A stretch of 64,000 nt of DNA from Amoebophrya sp. A120. Taxonomy: Eukaryota > Protista > Dinoflagellata. Both the position numbers and the translations under genes were made by a program. The first letter of the stretch is position 1; the number at the start of each line of letters is the position of its first letter. Positions 42,501 to 54,500 of the stretch are shown one piece after another. Under the pieces are notes generated by a model that saw nothing but the letters and a program-made list of their open reading frames with translations, had not been told where the DNA came from and ran no database searches. Where the stretch lies: assembly GCA_905178155.1 (NCBI GenBank), contig CAJINV010000004.1:5268258-5332257 (forward strand). The letters are read 5' to 3'.

Positions 42501-45500
42501 GCTGCCATAGCAGTGGGGTTCTAGACTTCAAGTGGCGCCCCGCGGATGCGGTCGGCGTTGTGGCCGTGCCGCGCCGATGGGCCCCGGGCAACTAAAAGCG
42601 CCACAGGCTGCTAGATCAAAGACCGCCCTTTACGGGCGGGGCGCTTTTCATCAGGATGGGCATCATTTCACCCATTTCGGTGCCCGCGATAGCAAACCGT
42701 TTACGCGGGAGCCTTTGCGGGCCACCACACACGGGCCAGGCGTCGCCGGCCTGCAGCCAAGACTGTCTCTGAGCAGTTGTAGTTCTTCATCACTTCACTC
42801 TAACTGGGCGCTGCCCCAGCTCCCGCATTTTCGTTGTCACACGCATCAAGAAGTAGGTGGGTGGGAAGGTAGGTGTAGACGCGCCTCCGTTGCGCCCCGC
42901 AAGTGAAAATCGCCCACACCTGGAGGACACGCGGACGCATCATTGTCCAATGACGACCAACCAACCCACCTACCCACTGCTCAGCCACGAAGGAGGGCGT
43001 GATCTTTTTTGTTTCGGTTGATTATGAATGGACGAGAGGAGCGTCAGTATCACGAGGTAGGTAGGTAGGGAGGTAGGTGGGTAGCGTGCATCTCATTCCC
43101 GATATCAAAGCACAACTTTCTCCAGCTTCGATTGTGGGAAGCAGAACGTCGTCGACAGACTCACGTACATCAGGATAAGCGAAATAGCGACACCGCGACG
43201 CCGAATATGTCTCCGCCACAATACGTCCACCACCAAACGCAAACCAGACGCACGTCGACCTCACCACGCACTGCGACTCCGGAAGAATGTTTTTCTATAA
43301 CCCGCGACGGCCCGCCGTCTTCAGCATTTGCATAACCAACCAACCGACCAACCAACCCACCCCGAATTAACGCCTACAGGCACACGCCTACTCCAAAAAT
43401 TAGATTCCTTTTTTAGCTGCTCACGCAGTACAGATTTTTTTGGTTGTTATACAGGAATCTCAACGAGTGAATCTCAACGGTTGCGCCCCAACGCTTTGAG
43501 ACGCCTCAACGGATTCGCGATGAGCTCAACGAGTGGTCTCAACGGTCTGCGCGTAGAAGAACTGCGTGGCGTGAAGGTGCGCATCAAGCCCCCGCAGCGA
43601 ACCTCTCAGAGGTCCTGCCAACACGAGTGCCGGCGAGCGGGCTCATAGGTAGTTTTAGAAACACGCGCGAGGGCTGCGCGCATAGTGGGACACAGGGCAC
43701 GCAGGCCAACGGGCCGCGCACAACGGGCCGGGCAACAATAGCGCAGGAGAGCGAAGAGAGAGTCGTCGGGCAGGGCAGCCGCCGCCGGCCGGCCGGCCGG
43801 CGGCGGCTGCCCTGCCCGACGACCCTAAACCCCAAATCCTAAACCCGAAACCCTAAACCGCTGGTGGTGGTCGTTGAGATATATTTCTCAACGTTGAGCT
43901 GTGAGGTCTCAACGTTGAGATCCACAAGCACCGTTGAGATACCTGTAGTACAACCGATTTTTTTGCCATCACAATGCAGCATCACAGGTTGCATTCTTCC
44001 AGACCCAGACATTTTTGCATTTGATGCCCGGGGGATCGGGTTCCCCTGCAGGTCCTTGCTGCTGCTGTAGGCCACCTATCCTTTGCAAAAACGTCCCCAC
44101 CCCAGAGTTGTCATGCAGCTTTGCGACTACAGGAACATTCGTTATGCGCATCTCCAAGAGAACAAATATTTCCAATCGTGTTTTGGAATCTGTGATGCTG
44201 TAAACAGGATTAGAAAGTGGCTTTCTAATGCGGCTTAGCTTGCTGACCAGCACTACGCTGCAGATGGAAACTTGTCATGCACAACTCCCAAACCTTGGAG
44301 ATTTGTGTTGCAGATTTACCAACTTGACTATGGGGCTGTGGGGACGTTTTTCCTCAGGATACCACCCACTTCAGCTTCACCTTCCGCGCGGCCAGGCCCT
44401 CGGTGGGGCGGGGCGTGGTGAGCTCGATCTGGAAGGGGAGCAGAACGCCGTCGACGGTGGGATATACCCCGCTCAGGTGCTACAATCTCAAGCGTTGCAA
44501 TAGAATATGGAAATCTGTGATGCAAGAGTGCATGATCTAGCCAACTCTTATAGGATTGCGCATGACAATTTCCGGAGCCCCACACCTCCCTACAATCGGG
44601 CGAAATTTGTATTGCAAAAGGTGGAACGCTGTGCGAGTCTGTCATGCTCATCATGCAACACAAATTAGAGATTCTCGTGTAATGCTTGAGGTTGTAACGT
44701 TTGAGCAAGTGATATGGGAATGCCGAAGTTTTTCACCAGGTCGATGCAGAACCAGCCCCCCATCTCCGCGTCGTTCTTTTCGTGGCACTTCGGGTGCAGA
44801 ATCGACGCGTCCAGCTCTTCCAGCGGGCTGTGCGGCTGCCCCGGCTCGTAGAACTCTACCACCTGGGGGACCCGCTCCTTTCCCCTGGAAAACTGGTCCT
44901 CGGAGTTCCAGAACAGGATGCGGTATCCTGTGCGAAAACGTCCCCACCCAAGAGCTGTCATGCAAACGCGCAATGACAGGAACATTTGTAATGCGCATCT
45001 CCATGAGAGGCATTTCCAGTCGTGTTTTGGCATTTGTAATGCTGTAAACAGGATGAGACACTGGCCTTCTCATGCGCCTTCCCTTGCTAACCACCACCAC
45101 ATTGCAGATGAAACTTGTCATGCACAACTCCCAAAACTTGGAGATTTGTGTTGCAGATTTACCAACTTGCGTATGGGGTGGGGACGTTTTTGCTCAGGAT
45201 ATGCGGACCGTCGTGTTCTGCGTGGCCCACACCGCGATCTGGGTGGGCGGGAGGTAGGCGCCCTATTACAGTGAAAAATGCCGCCAACACAGGACCACTT
45301 GGCAGCACAATTGTATTGCAAACCTTTCCAATAGAAACATTCGCATTCCCCGTCTTGCATATATCAGCATCATGACAAATTTTCCATACTGAATAGCTCA
45401 AATTTGTAAGTATTGCAAAGAGCCCAGCAACAGCCGGATCTGTTATGCAAAAAATACCTTGCGCACACAGATTCTGCATCAGAAAGTAGACTCGCAGTCC

Positions 45501-48500
45501 TTTCATGCAAGACAAACAGTTTTCATTTGGAAACTTTGCATCAGAAACTTTTGCAAATTCTGGGGCCGCGGGGGCACTTTGCATTGTAATACGCCCTGGG
45601 GGTTGTTCAGCATCGGCGTCATCCCGCACTTCTCAAAGTGGAGCAGCCCGCTGAACCGCGCGAAGGCCGGGGCGTCGTCGATGTCCCACGAGTAGGTGGC
45701 GAACTCGCCGGAGAAGGACTCGATGTAGGACCGGTCGGGCAGCGTGGGCACCCCGCGGCGTACGGCGGCCGACATCCAGTAGTCGGACTGGATCCCGTTC
45801 AAAGCCTTCCCGATGCGCAGCTGGAACAAGCCCGTGTACGCTGGTGTGATCTTCAGCCGGTGCTGCCCCAGCAGCTTCGTGTTTCCGGACGTGTCCAGCG
45901 GGTCTTCCCGCAGCGTATCCTGAGTAAAAACGTCCCTACTTATTACCCCAGAGTCAGTCAAGATGGGAAATCTGCTAGACGAATCCACAAGCTTTGGGAG
46001 TTGTGCATGACAAGCTCTTTATTGGCCTCGTACACGTACTGTATCAATCCTGATCAGCATCACAGAACTAGCACATCATGCTGATTGGAGCATGACAAAT
46101 TACGAAACACGACCAGAAAATGATTCTCATGCGGCTCCGCATGAGAAATACAAATATTTTCAGCATGCAGACTTGCATGACAAGTATGGGCAGTGGGGAC
46201 GTTTTTACATAGGATACAGCGCGCCGCGTGCCCAGTCGCCCAGAAACTCCTTCTTGTCCGCCTCCTGCGATTGGTAGCTGATGATGAAGGTTTATCCTAT
46301 GTAAAAACGTTCCCACCCCATAGTTGCAATGCAAATGCGCAATGACAGGAACATTTGTAGTGCGCATCTCCATGAGAGGCATTTCCAGTCGTGTTTTGAA
46401 TTTTGTAATGCTCTAAACAGGATGAGAAGCTGGCTTTCTCATGCGGCTACCCTTTCTAACCAGCACTACACTGCAGGTGGAAACTTGTCATGCACAACTC
46501 CCAAAACTTGGACATTTGTGTTGCAGTTTTACCAACTTGACTATGGGGTAGGGACCTTTTTGCTCAGGATAAGGTTTCGTTCGCGTCTTTGGACAACACC
46601 ACCGCGTTGTCGTTCGGGTCCGCGTTGCTATCAAATGCACATATGTCTGGGTCTGGACGAATGCGGGAGTTTGCCATGCAGATTTTGCGTTACCCATGAG
46701 GTCTGGCATGTAGGACATAGCATGACAGATTCTGTGCGATCTCTCTCATGCCTATCCTGCATGAGAAACTCCCTCCCGACTTGGTCAAAACTGGACGACT
46801 TTTGGTACTCATGCAACACAGATTCTTGCATGCTTCAGATTTAGCATGACAAGTTGCATTCTTCCAGACTCAGACATATTTGCATTTGATAGTTGCCCAT
46901 CACAGACAAAATGTCCATGGTCAGCTCCTTCTTCACGGTGTAATTCACGCGGGGGAGCTGCAGACACGCCTGCTGCACCTCGACGGTGGGCGCCTTCACC
47001 TCGCAGTAGGACCGCTTCGCGTCCGAGGTGTCCCGGTCCCAGATGTACACCTCGGTGCTGGACAGCAGGTAGCCCTCGCGGTACAGCACCGGGTTCACGT
47101 CGCTGTTCACCAGCCCGGCCTGGTGAATGGGGTGCAGCGGCCCGGGGTGCCCCGCCTGCAGGTGCGGGTCCGGGTACAGGAACTATCCTGTCTGAAAACG
47201 TCCCCACCTCAGAGTTGTCACGCAAATGCACAATGACAAGAACATTTGGAATGCGCATCTCCATGAGAGGCATTCCCAGTCGTAATTTGGCACTTTTAAT
47301 GCTGTAAACAGGATGAGAAATAAATGGCTTTCTCATGCGGCTTTCCTTGCTAGCCAGCACTACACAACTGCAGATCAAACTTGTCATGCAGAACTCCCAG
47401 AACTTGCGGATTTGTATTGCAGACTTCCCATCTTGACTATGGTGTGGGGACGTTTTTACATAGGATAGGAACAGGCGGAACTTCAACACCTCGTTGTTGT
47501 AGATCCCGTCGTCGTAGATCTATCAAATGCAAAAATGTCTGGGTCTGGAAAGTTGGAACTTGTGATGCTAACTTTGGACTCTAAAAAAATCTGTATTGCA
47601 TGACCAGCAAGAGGAGCCACATTTGGTCTACGCGACGAGGGCACTTGTCATGCGGAAATGGCATCAGGAAGCTTTCCAAAAATCTGTGATGCTGGGTCGT
47701 GCATTACAAGCATCATGGGTCATGCCAGACAAGCATGACAAGCCTTGCATTCTTCCAGACCCAGACATTTTTACAGTTGATAAGATCGGGATCCGGACAA
47801 CACGCACCGTGTCGATCTGGTCCGCCTGCGTGGCGATCTCGGTCCCCGGCTTCTCGCGCGTGTACCGCTGGTTCTCGGGCTTCACCGTGCCCCGCGGCCG
47901 GCGGGTGGTGCCCACCGGGTTTTGTAGGGGAGACTCCAGCCGGATCCGGTTGGCCGGGTTGGCGTCCCCGACGACGGCCGGGGTCACGGGCTGGCCCGTG
48001 GCATAGTCGATGATCACATTTGCAGCGTGGGTGATCGTGCCAGAAATCCGGTCCGGGTCCGGGTGCCCCAGGTCGTCCGGGTCCAGGTGCGTCAGTTGCC
48101 GAAGATCTTGTTCACCACTGGCAGTACTATCTCCGCCGTGATGAAAATCCTCATAGTACAGTTGCCCGGCCTGCTCCGCGCGGCACTGCTCGAACAGATT
48201 CAGTTCCGGCACGTAGGGAGAACTACTCGTGGACGACAGCTGCACCTGTCCACCTGCATGCTCGGACGGCGCGTGGACGCTGTAGTAGGTGCGGTCGTCC
48301 GCTTGGCATTGAAAGGACCCAAACCGCTCCACCCGCTCGGAGAGTTGCACAAGCTGGCGCCGCATGGTCTGCTGCGCCAGCGGCGATCCGTCCGCGGTGA
48401 AGTTCATGTAGTCCACTATCAACTGCAAAAATGTCTGGGTCTGGAAGGATGCAAGGTTTGTCATGCAGATTTTGTATGATCCATGACACCTGTGACGCAT

Positions 48501-51500
48501 GACCTAGCATCGCAGATTTTTAGGAGGCTTCCTGATGCCTAATCCGCATGACAAATGCCCTCTCCGTGTAGCACAGACTGGGCTCCTCTGGCCAGTCATG
48601 CAATACAGATCTTTTTAGGATCCAAGGACAGCATCTATCACAAGTTGCAACCTTTCAGACCCAGACATTTTTGCATTTGGTATCCACGTTCACGTCGCGA
48701 AACCCGGAAACAATCGGCGCGAAGAGCTCGGGCGGCTGGGGCGGCACCGAGAACTCGGTAAACACGTTGGTGGAGCGGTAGTGCATCAGCTCGCCGTCGT
48801 TCATCAGCGACTGCGACTTGGCGGTCACGTCCTCGGATTGAATCAGCACGGAGATGTTTTTCACGAAGGTGGTGTTCCGCACCAAGTTGCGCACCACGAG
48901 CACGTCGATGTAGGTGGAGTCCTGGAAGACGTGGTAGCGGGGCGACTCAAACTCGAAGACGCCGTCCGACACGCACTCGCCGTCGTGCAGCACGAAGAGC
49001 GGGTCGCAGCCGGTGCAGCGCACGTTCTGCGACTCCCCACCCCCGGTGGTGAACACCCGCTCGCAGGTCTGGCAGTGCGGGAAGTTGAGGTGGCAGGCCT
49101 CGCAGCGCCCGGCCTCGGTGCGGTTGGTCAAGAAGTACCCCTTGTCGCACACCTTGCAGCCGGGGACGCAGCCCTCGATCATCCCGTCGTTGTCCAGACA
49201 GGCGGTGCAGTTCTTGCAGTGCGGGTCGTACAGCAACCGGCAGTTCGGGTAGAGGCACTTGGGCGTCTGCGTGTCGTATCAAATGCAAATATGTCTGGGT
49301 CTGCATATTTTGCAAGGTTTGTCATGCATATTTTGCATGACGTATGATGCCTGTAGTGCATAACTTAGCATCGCAGATTTTTGGAAGCCTTCCTGATGCC
49401 TATTCCGCATGGCAAATGCCCTCTCTGCGTAAGTAGCACAATCTGGGCTCCTCTTGCTGGTCATAGCAACACAGATCTTTTGAGAATCCAAAGACAGCAT
49501 GACAGGTTTGGATCCTTCCAGACCCGGACATTTTTGCAATGCATATGTCGTTGTAGATCAGGATCCGCGCGCCGAGCAGGTCGGTCTCGATCATCCGCTC
49601 GTCCCCGTCCACGTGCAGCGGGCCGTAGGGATTGACCACGGACGTAACCTCCACGCCGTAGTGGAACACGCCGAACTGCTCGTACCCCGTGGAGTTCAGG
49701 TCCTTCAAACTGTACCAGCCCGGGTCGCACTCGCACTTGTAGGGCTCCACGCAGCTGCCCCGCCCGCAGTCCTGCGAAGGCTGCGGCCAGGACTGGCACA
49801 GCGGGTAGTCGCAGACGCGGCCGCCCCAGCCCGTGGAGCACTCGCACATGTCCGGCATCAGCGCCGCACCGTTGACGCACTCCGGCATGGACACCGGGAT
49901 CTCGCACGACACGCCGCCCCAGCCGTAGAAGCACTGGCAGGTGTTGGTGTACACGCACACGCCCTGGCTCGCCACGCACTCGGGGTCGCAGACCGGGTCC
50001 ATGCAGTGCGGCCCCTTCCACCCGGCGTCGCAGTGGCACAGGTCGGGGGCGATGCAGGTGCCGTGGATGCAGTTGGGGTGGCACATGGGCACGTCGCACC
50101 GCCAGCCGCTCCACCCCGGGTCGCACTCGCAGCAACCGCCCGCGGTGGCGCGGTTCTGCTGCACGCACTGCACCATGTGCTGGATATTACAGTGAAAAAT
50201 GTCCCCACCCTGGAATTTGCAAGAAAAGTTTCTCATGCTAAGTAGGTCTCCAAATGAAAGCTTTTTGTCTTGCATGAAAGGACTACGAGCCTTTCTGATG
50301 CACAAGGTATCTTTTGCATAACTGATCCGGCTACTGTTGGGCTCCTTTGCAACACAGATTTGAGCTATTCAGCATGCAAAATTCGTGATGCTGATATATG
50401 CGAAGACGGGAAATGCTTCTATTGGAAAGGTTTGCAATACAAATGCTGCCAAGTTCTGGGGTGGGAGTCTTTTTCATTGTAATACTGGAAGCAGGGAATT
50501 TCCTCGTCCGTGACCCCGTTCTCGCAGGTCTGCATCAGCTCGGAGAGGGAGGGCAACACCCGCGGCTTCCACGTGATGAACCCGTAACGCAGCGCGTCGT
50601 CGCAGCACGCGTTCGCAGTGCACCAGGGCCGCGGCACGCCGCAGCCCCCGAAGTTGTCGAAGTAGTCACCGGTAGTGCAGGTTTATGCATTGCAAAAGTA
50701 TCGCATTAGTAATTTATTTTGCAGTCATGCTTTACAAGCCTCTTTCTTATTCTTAAGGTAAATCTGCATGACAAATTTCATTTTTAATGCTCCTGAGCAA
50801 ATTTGTCATGCGATTTCTACTAGTACGATACTTTTGCAGTGCATAACGTTTCCGACCGGTTTCCGCACAGAGGGCTGCTCGTCATCTCGTTGCCGTGCGA
50901 GATGTCGTCGATGATGCACTGCTGGAGCACGGAGGCGATGTCCAGCTTGGACCAGTAGCACTCCCGCATGGTGGACACCGTGCCGTGCTGGCACCACCGG
51001 AAAAAGTTGTCCCCCACCACCGCCACGTAGCTGTCGTCCACGCAGTAGTAGTCGTTCTCGCCGCACATGAACTTCTGGTTGTTGGTATCATTTGTAAAAC
51101 CGTCCCCACCCCAGAGTTGTCATGCGGATTTGCAAGCACAAGAGCATTTGTAATGCGCCTCCCCATGAGAGGCATTTCCCATTGTGTTTTGGAACATTTA
51201 ATGCTGTAAACAGGATATGGGGATGGATTTGTTATGCGGCTTCCCTTGCTAAGCTGCACTACAGTAGACCCTGCAAGTTGTCATGCGTGACTCCCAAAAC
51301 TTCAAGGTTTGTGTTGCAGAATTTCCATCTTGACTCCGGGGTGGGACGTTTTTACACCGGCTAGTTGGGCCCCACCGGGCCCTTGCACGTCAGCGGGTTG
51401 GCCGGGTCCTCGCCGGGGGGGTACCGCACAAACTCCGGCTGCGTCTCGTCCACGCACTGCGACTCGCAGGTGGGGATGCAGCAGTCGCCGCCGTCGAAGA

Positions 51501-54500
51501 AGCATCGGTCCTCGTCCAGCAGGTTGGGGTTGTCGTGGTTGTTGGACCGGTCGCAGAATCCATCCGCCATCGCCTGACGCAGGCAGTCGCGCGTCTGTTT
51601 CTCGCGGTTCAGCGGGTCATAAAGCCAGAACTTCGCGTCCGCGGGCTCCGTTCCCGTCGCCTGCACCACGCTGGCGCAGTTATCCAATGCAAATATCCCT
51701 GGATGTCTGGAAGAGTTCGAACTTGCGATGCGTGTTTCGGATCCTACAAAGATCTGCGATGCATATCGTGCAAAAGGTGCTCACTTCTGGCCATGCTGCG
51801 AGGCCATTTCTCATGCAGAACAGGCTTCACAAAGGGGCTGCACATCCTGTGATGCTAGGCCCCGCATTCCAGACTTGGCGGAGCTTGGAAAAACTGCATG
51901 ACAAATCTCGGAATCTTCCAGAGGACCCAGACATATTTGCACTCCATAGCAGTACTCAGTGTACAAGTCCGTGTGATCGTACACCTTCACGAGGTTCTAT
52001 GAGAGTGCACAACTCCCCCTCCCCCTCATTGGTATTGCATGAACAGCAACACAAACGCGAGCGACCCTGGAGCCTGTGCATGACAAATTTTTTATGTACC
52101 TACTGTAGTATTGTTTCGGCTTTTGAATTTTGTCATGCAGACACTGCCACAGGGCAGCGACCGGATTTGGGATTTTGCATGACAAATGAGGGAGAGGCGG
52201 AGTTCTGCACTGTCATAGGTTCGACCCGGTCACCTCGCGGCACGGGCTATTCGCCGCCTGGTAGTCGCTGCACCGATACGGCTGCGTGCAGTCGTGGTTC
52301 GCGGGAATCGCCGCCAAAGCAAAGTCGCAGCATACAGACACCAAGTGCAAGAACAGGCCGAGAAAATAGAGCGCCGCGCAGAAGTTGTTCTTGAAGCCCG
52401 ATCGTGGAGGCGGGATGAAGCAGAAGCTGCTGCGTTTTTTATTATTTCTTCCCGTAAAAGTAAAACTACAATTACGACCCATCAAAGGAACAGTACAACT
52501 TCGACTATCCACTTTCATCGTGTGATTCTTGATCTCCGTAAGCTTCTTCTTCCTGTCGTTCCTCATCCTTTCCGTCCTAGCCAACACAAAGTTGCTTCCG
52601 TTGTGCACCTGCTGCCCTGGTGGTCGTGAAGTGATGAATTTGTGCAGCTCCGATCGGGTAGTTCGAACAGCTCGTCCTCCACAGAAAAGAGCACCTCGCG
52701 ACGACCTCCATTGGTCCTCGTGCACGAACTGGTCGTGCAGCCCACCTGTAGAAGTACTACTTCTTAGTACAACGCTGGTCCTCGTGAAGGGGACCATTCT
52801 CGCCACGCGTGCCCGATGCGCCTTGTCCGAGGCCGAAGACAGGGAAGATAGGCTCGCCTTGGTTGTTTTATTTCCGCCGTTGAAAGTAGTAGGACAAGGG
52901 ACATCTTCACGATTTCGATCCTCACTTGCTACGCCGCTCTTGCTGCGACAGGAGAGTTGTTGTCGGTTAGAAGTAGTACAACTTCTTCGCGCGGCTCGGT
53001 TCTCAAAGAAGAAGATGCCTCTGTTTGACGCGGTTTCGAAGTGGTGCTGGCTCTCGTCCTGAATAGCGCTTCTAGCTTCGTGGAGAAGGAGATGTTGTTG
53101 ATCTCTTGCACCAGCAGCTCTTGCACAACTTCTAATAGAGAAGATCGTTCCTCTTGCAGTAGTAGATGCAGCAGCTTTACTAGACCAAGGGCAGCAGCTG
53201 TTGTCATCTTCATCTGTTCTTGTTCTACCGTAGTTGTCGGGAAATGATACAACCTGGGGCGGGTAGTGGATGAAATTGTCGGCGACCCTTCGACCCTGCA
53301 CATCGTCGCCCAGCCGGGCCGGGATCACGTCGAGAGTGGATGAAACTGAAAGAAACCTACTACTAATACTCCGGTCGTCTTCATGAAGATCATTGCGCCG
53401 ACTTGTACTAGGAGACGGACCTCGGGGAACTGGCGGCAGCACGTAGGCCGCCGAGGGGATCTTATTTTCTGGTGTTCGGAAGAATTCCGCCTTTGGTCGA
53501 CGTGAAGATGATATAATTTTTATCTTCCTAGCTGTGTTGTTACTACAACATCGAAAAGAACCTCGTCCCGATCCGATTTCATTCGTCCCCACTGGAGCAG
53601 CGGGACGAGCTTCTTGTTGCGCAAGAAGAACTCCACAAATGATCCTTTGACTTTCGCCTGCTGTGCCTCTGCTGCACGACCCGGCTTCTCGTAAGCACGA
53701 GGTAGACCAGCAGCTCTCGATCACTACCATATGCTCTTCGCTCCTTGTTCCCCTTCTTTGACGGAAGATGCTGGTCGTGTGGCGGTCGTTGAAGACTTTA
53801 TTCTTTTCCATTTCTCCCGCCAGTTCTTTTTGTGCCGTGGAAGAACTACTAGAGCAAGGCGAAGTTGTTCGTGTTCGTATAATTCTTCGTGCAGGTCTTT
53901 GCAGTTCTGTGGCTGCTGTAGAACTGTTCTCCAAGATGAACTCGTTCTCCGCATCGCTTGCTCCCGCCCGTGCCGGCAGATCTTGACCTGCACCAGAGCT
54001 GCTGGGGATGTTGAGATCTGGCCTAGATAAACTAAAAGTCCTCGTGTTCAACGTGCCACCTTTGTGGTTGCTCAACACTTCTTGTCGTGATAGAGGATCT
54101 AGTCCAGCTTGTAATTGTCCACCTGTGGGAGGTCCTAGTCCTTGTACAACTTGGTCCGCTCCGACGTGCGGCCGCTCGTGCTGGCCACAAGAAGTAGTAG
54201 AACGCTGCCTTCTACTAGAACACGACGAGCTTATTGTTCTACTTTGTGTGCCTAATTTCATGTTCGGCAAGAACATCAACATCAGAAGACCACACGCAGC
54301 ATCCGCATTATGTTCTCTGTAGCAAGCGCCTCGTTCGACGTATCCACTAGCACGACCATGCGCGACGACCATAATATGATCTTCTCCAGCTCCTGCGACA
54401 CCGCTTGCGTTTTTCTTTTTCTTTTCACACTGCTCGCAGCTAGTTCTTGATTTACTATCGCGGACACAAATTATCTTGCCATTTCTTCTCCCCGTGCAGT

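Larger units (their letters stand above)
39420..43393. mobile_element. ~4-kb non-autonomous TIR element, ~68-bp TIRs, 8-bp TSD CAAAAATT
   Basis: taggcgtgggcctgtaggcgttaattcggggtggg...ttatgcaaat at 39423-39487 is inverted at 43326-43390. TSD at 39412-39419 and 43394-43401. No recognisable transposase ORF. Confidence 0.85.
39257..44026. mobile_element. Introner family A expanded to 4.8 kb by two nested insertions
   Basis: Left TIR at 39257, right TIR ending 44026, DR cccgg. Pieces 39257-39419, 43394-43441 and 43956-44026 reassemble into a normal family A copy (compare 24004-24259). Confidence 0.9.
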
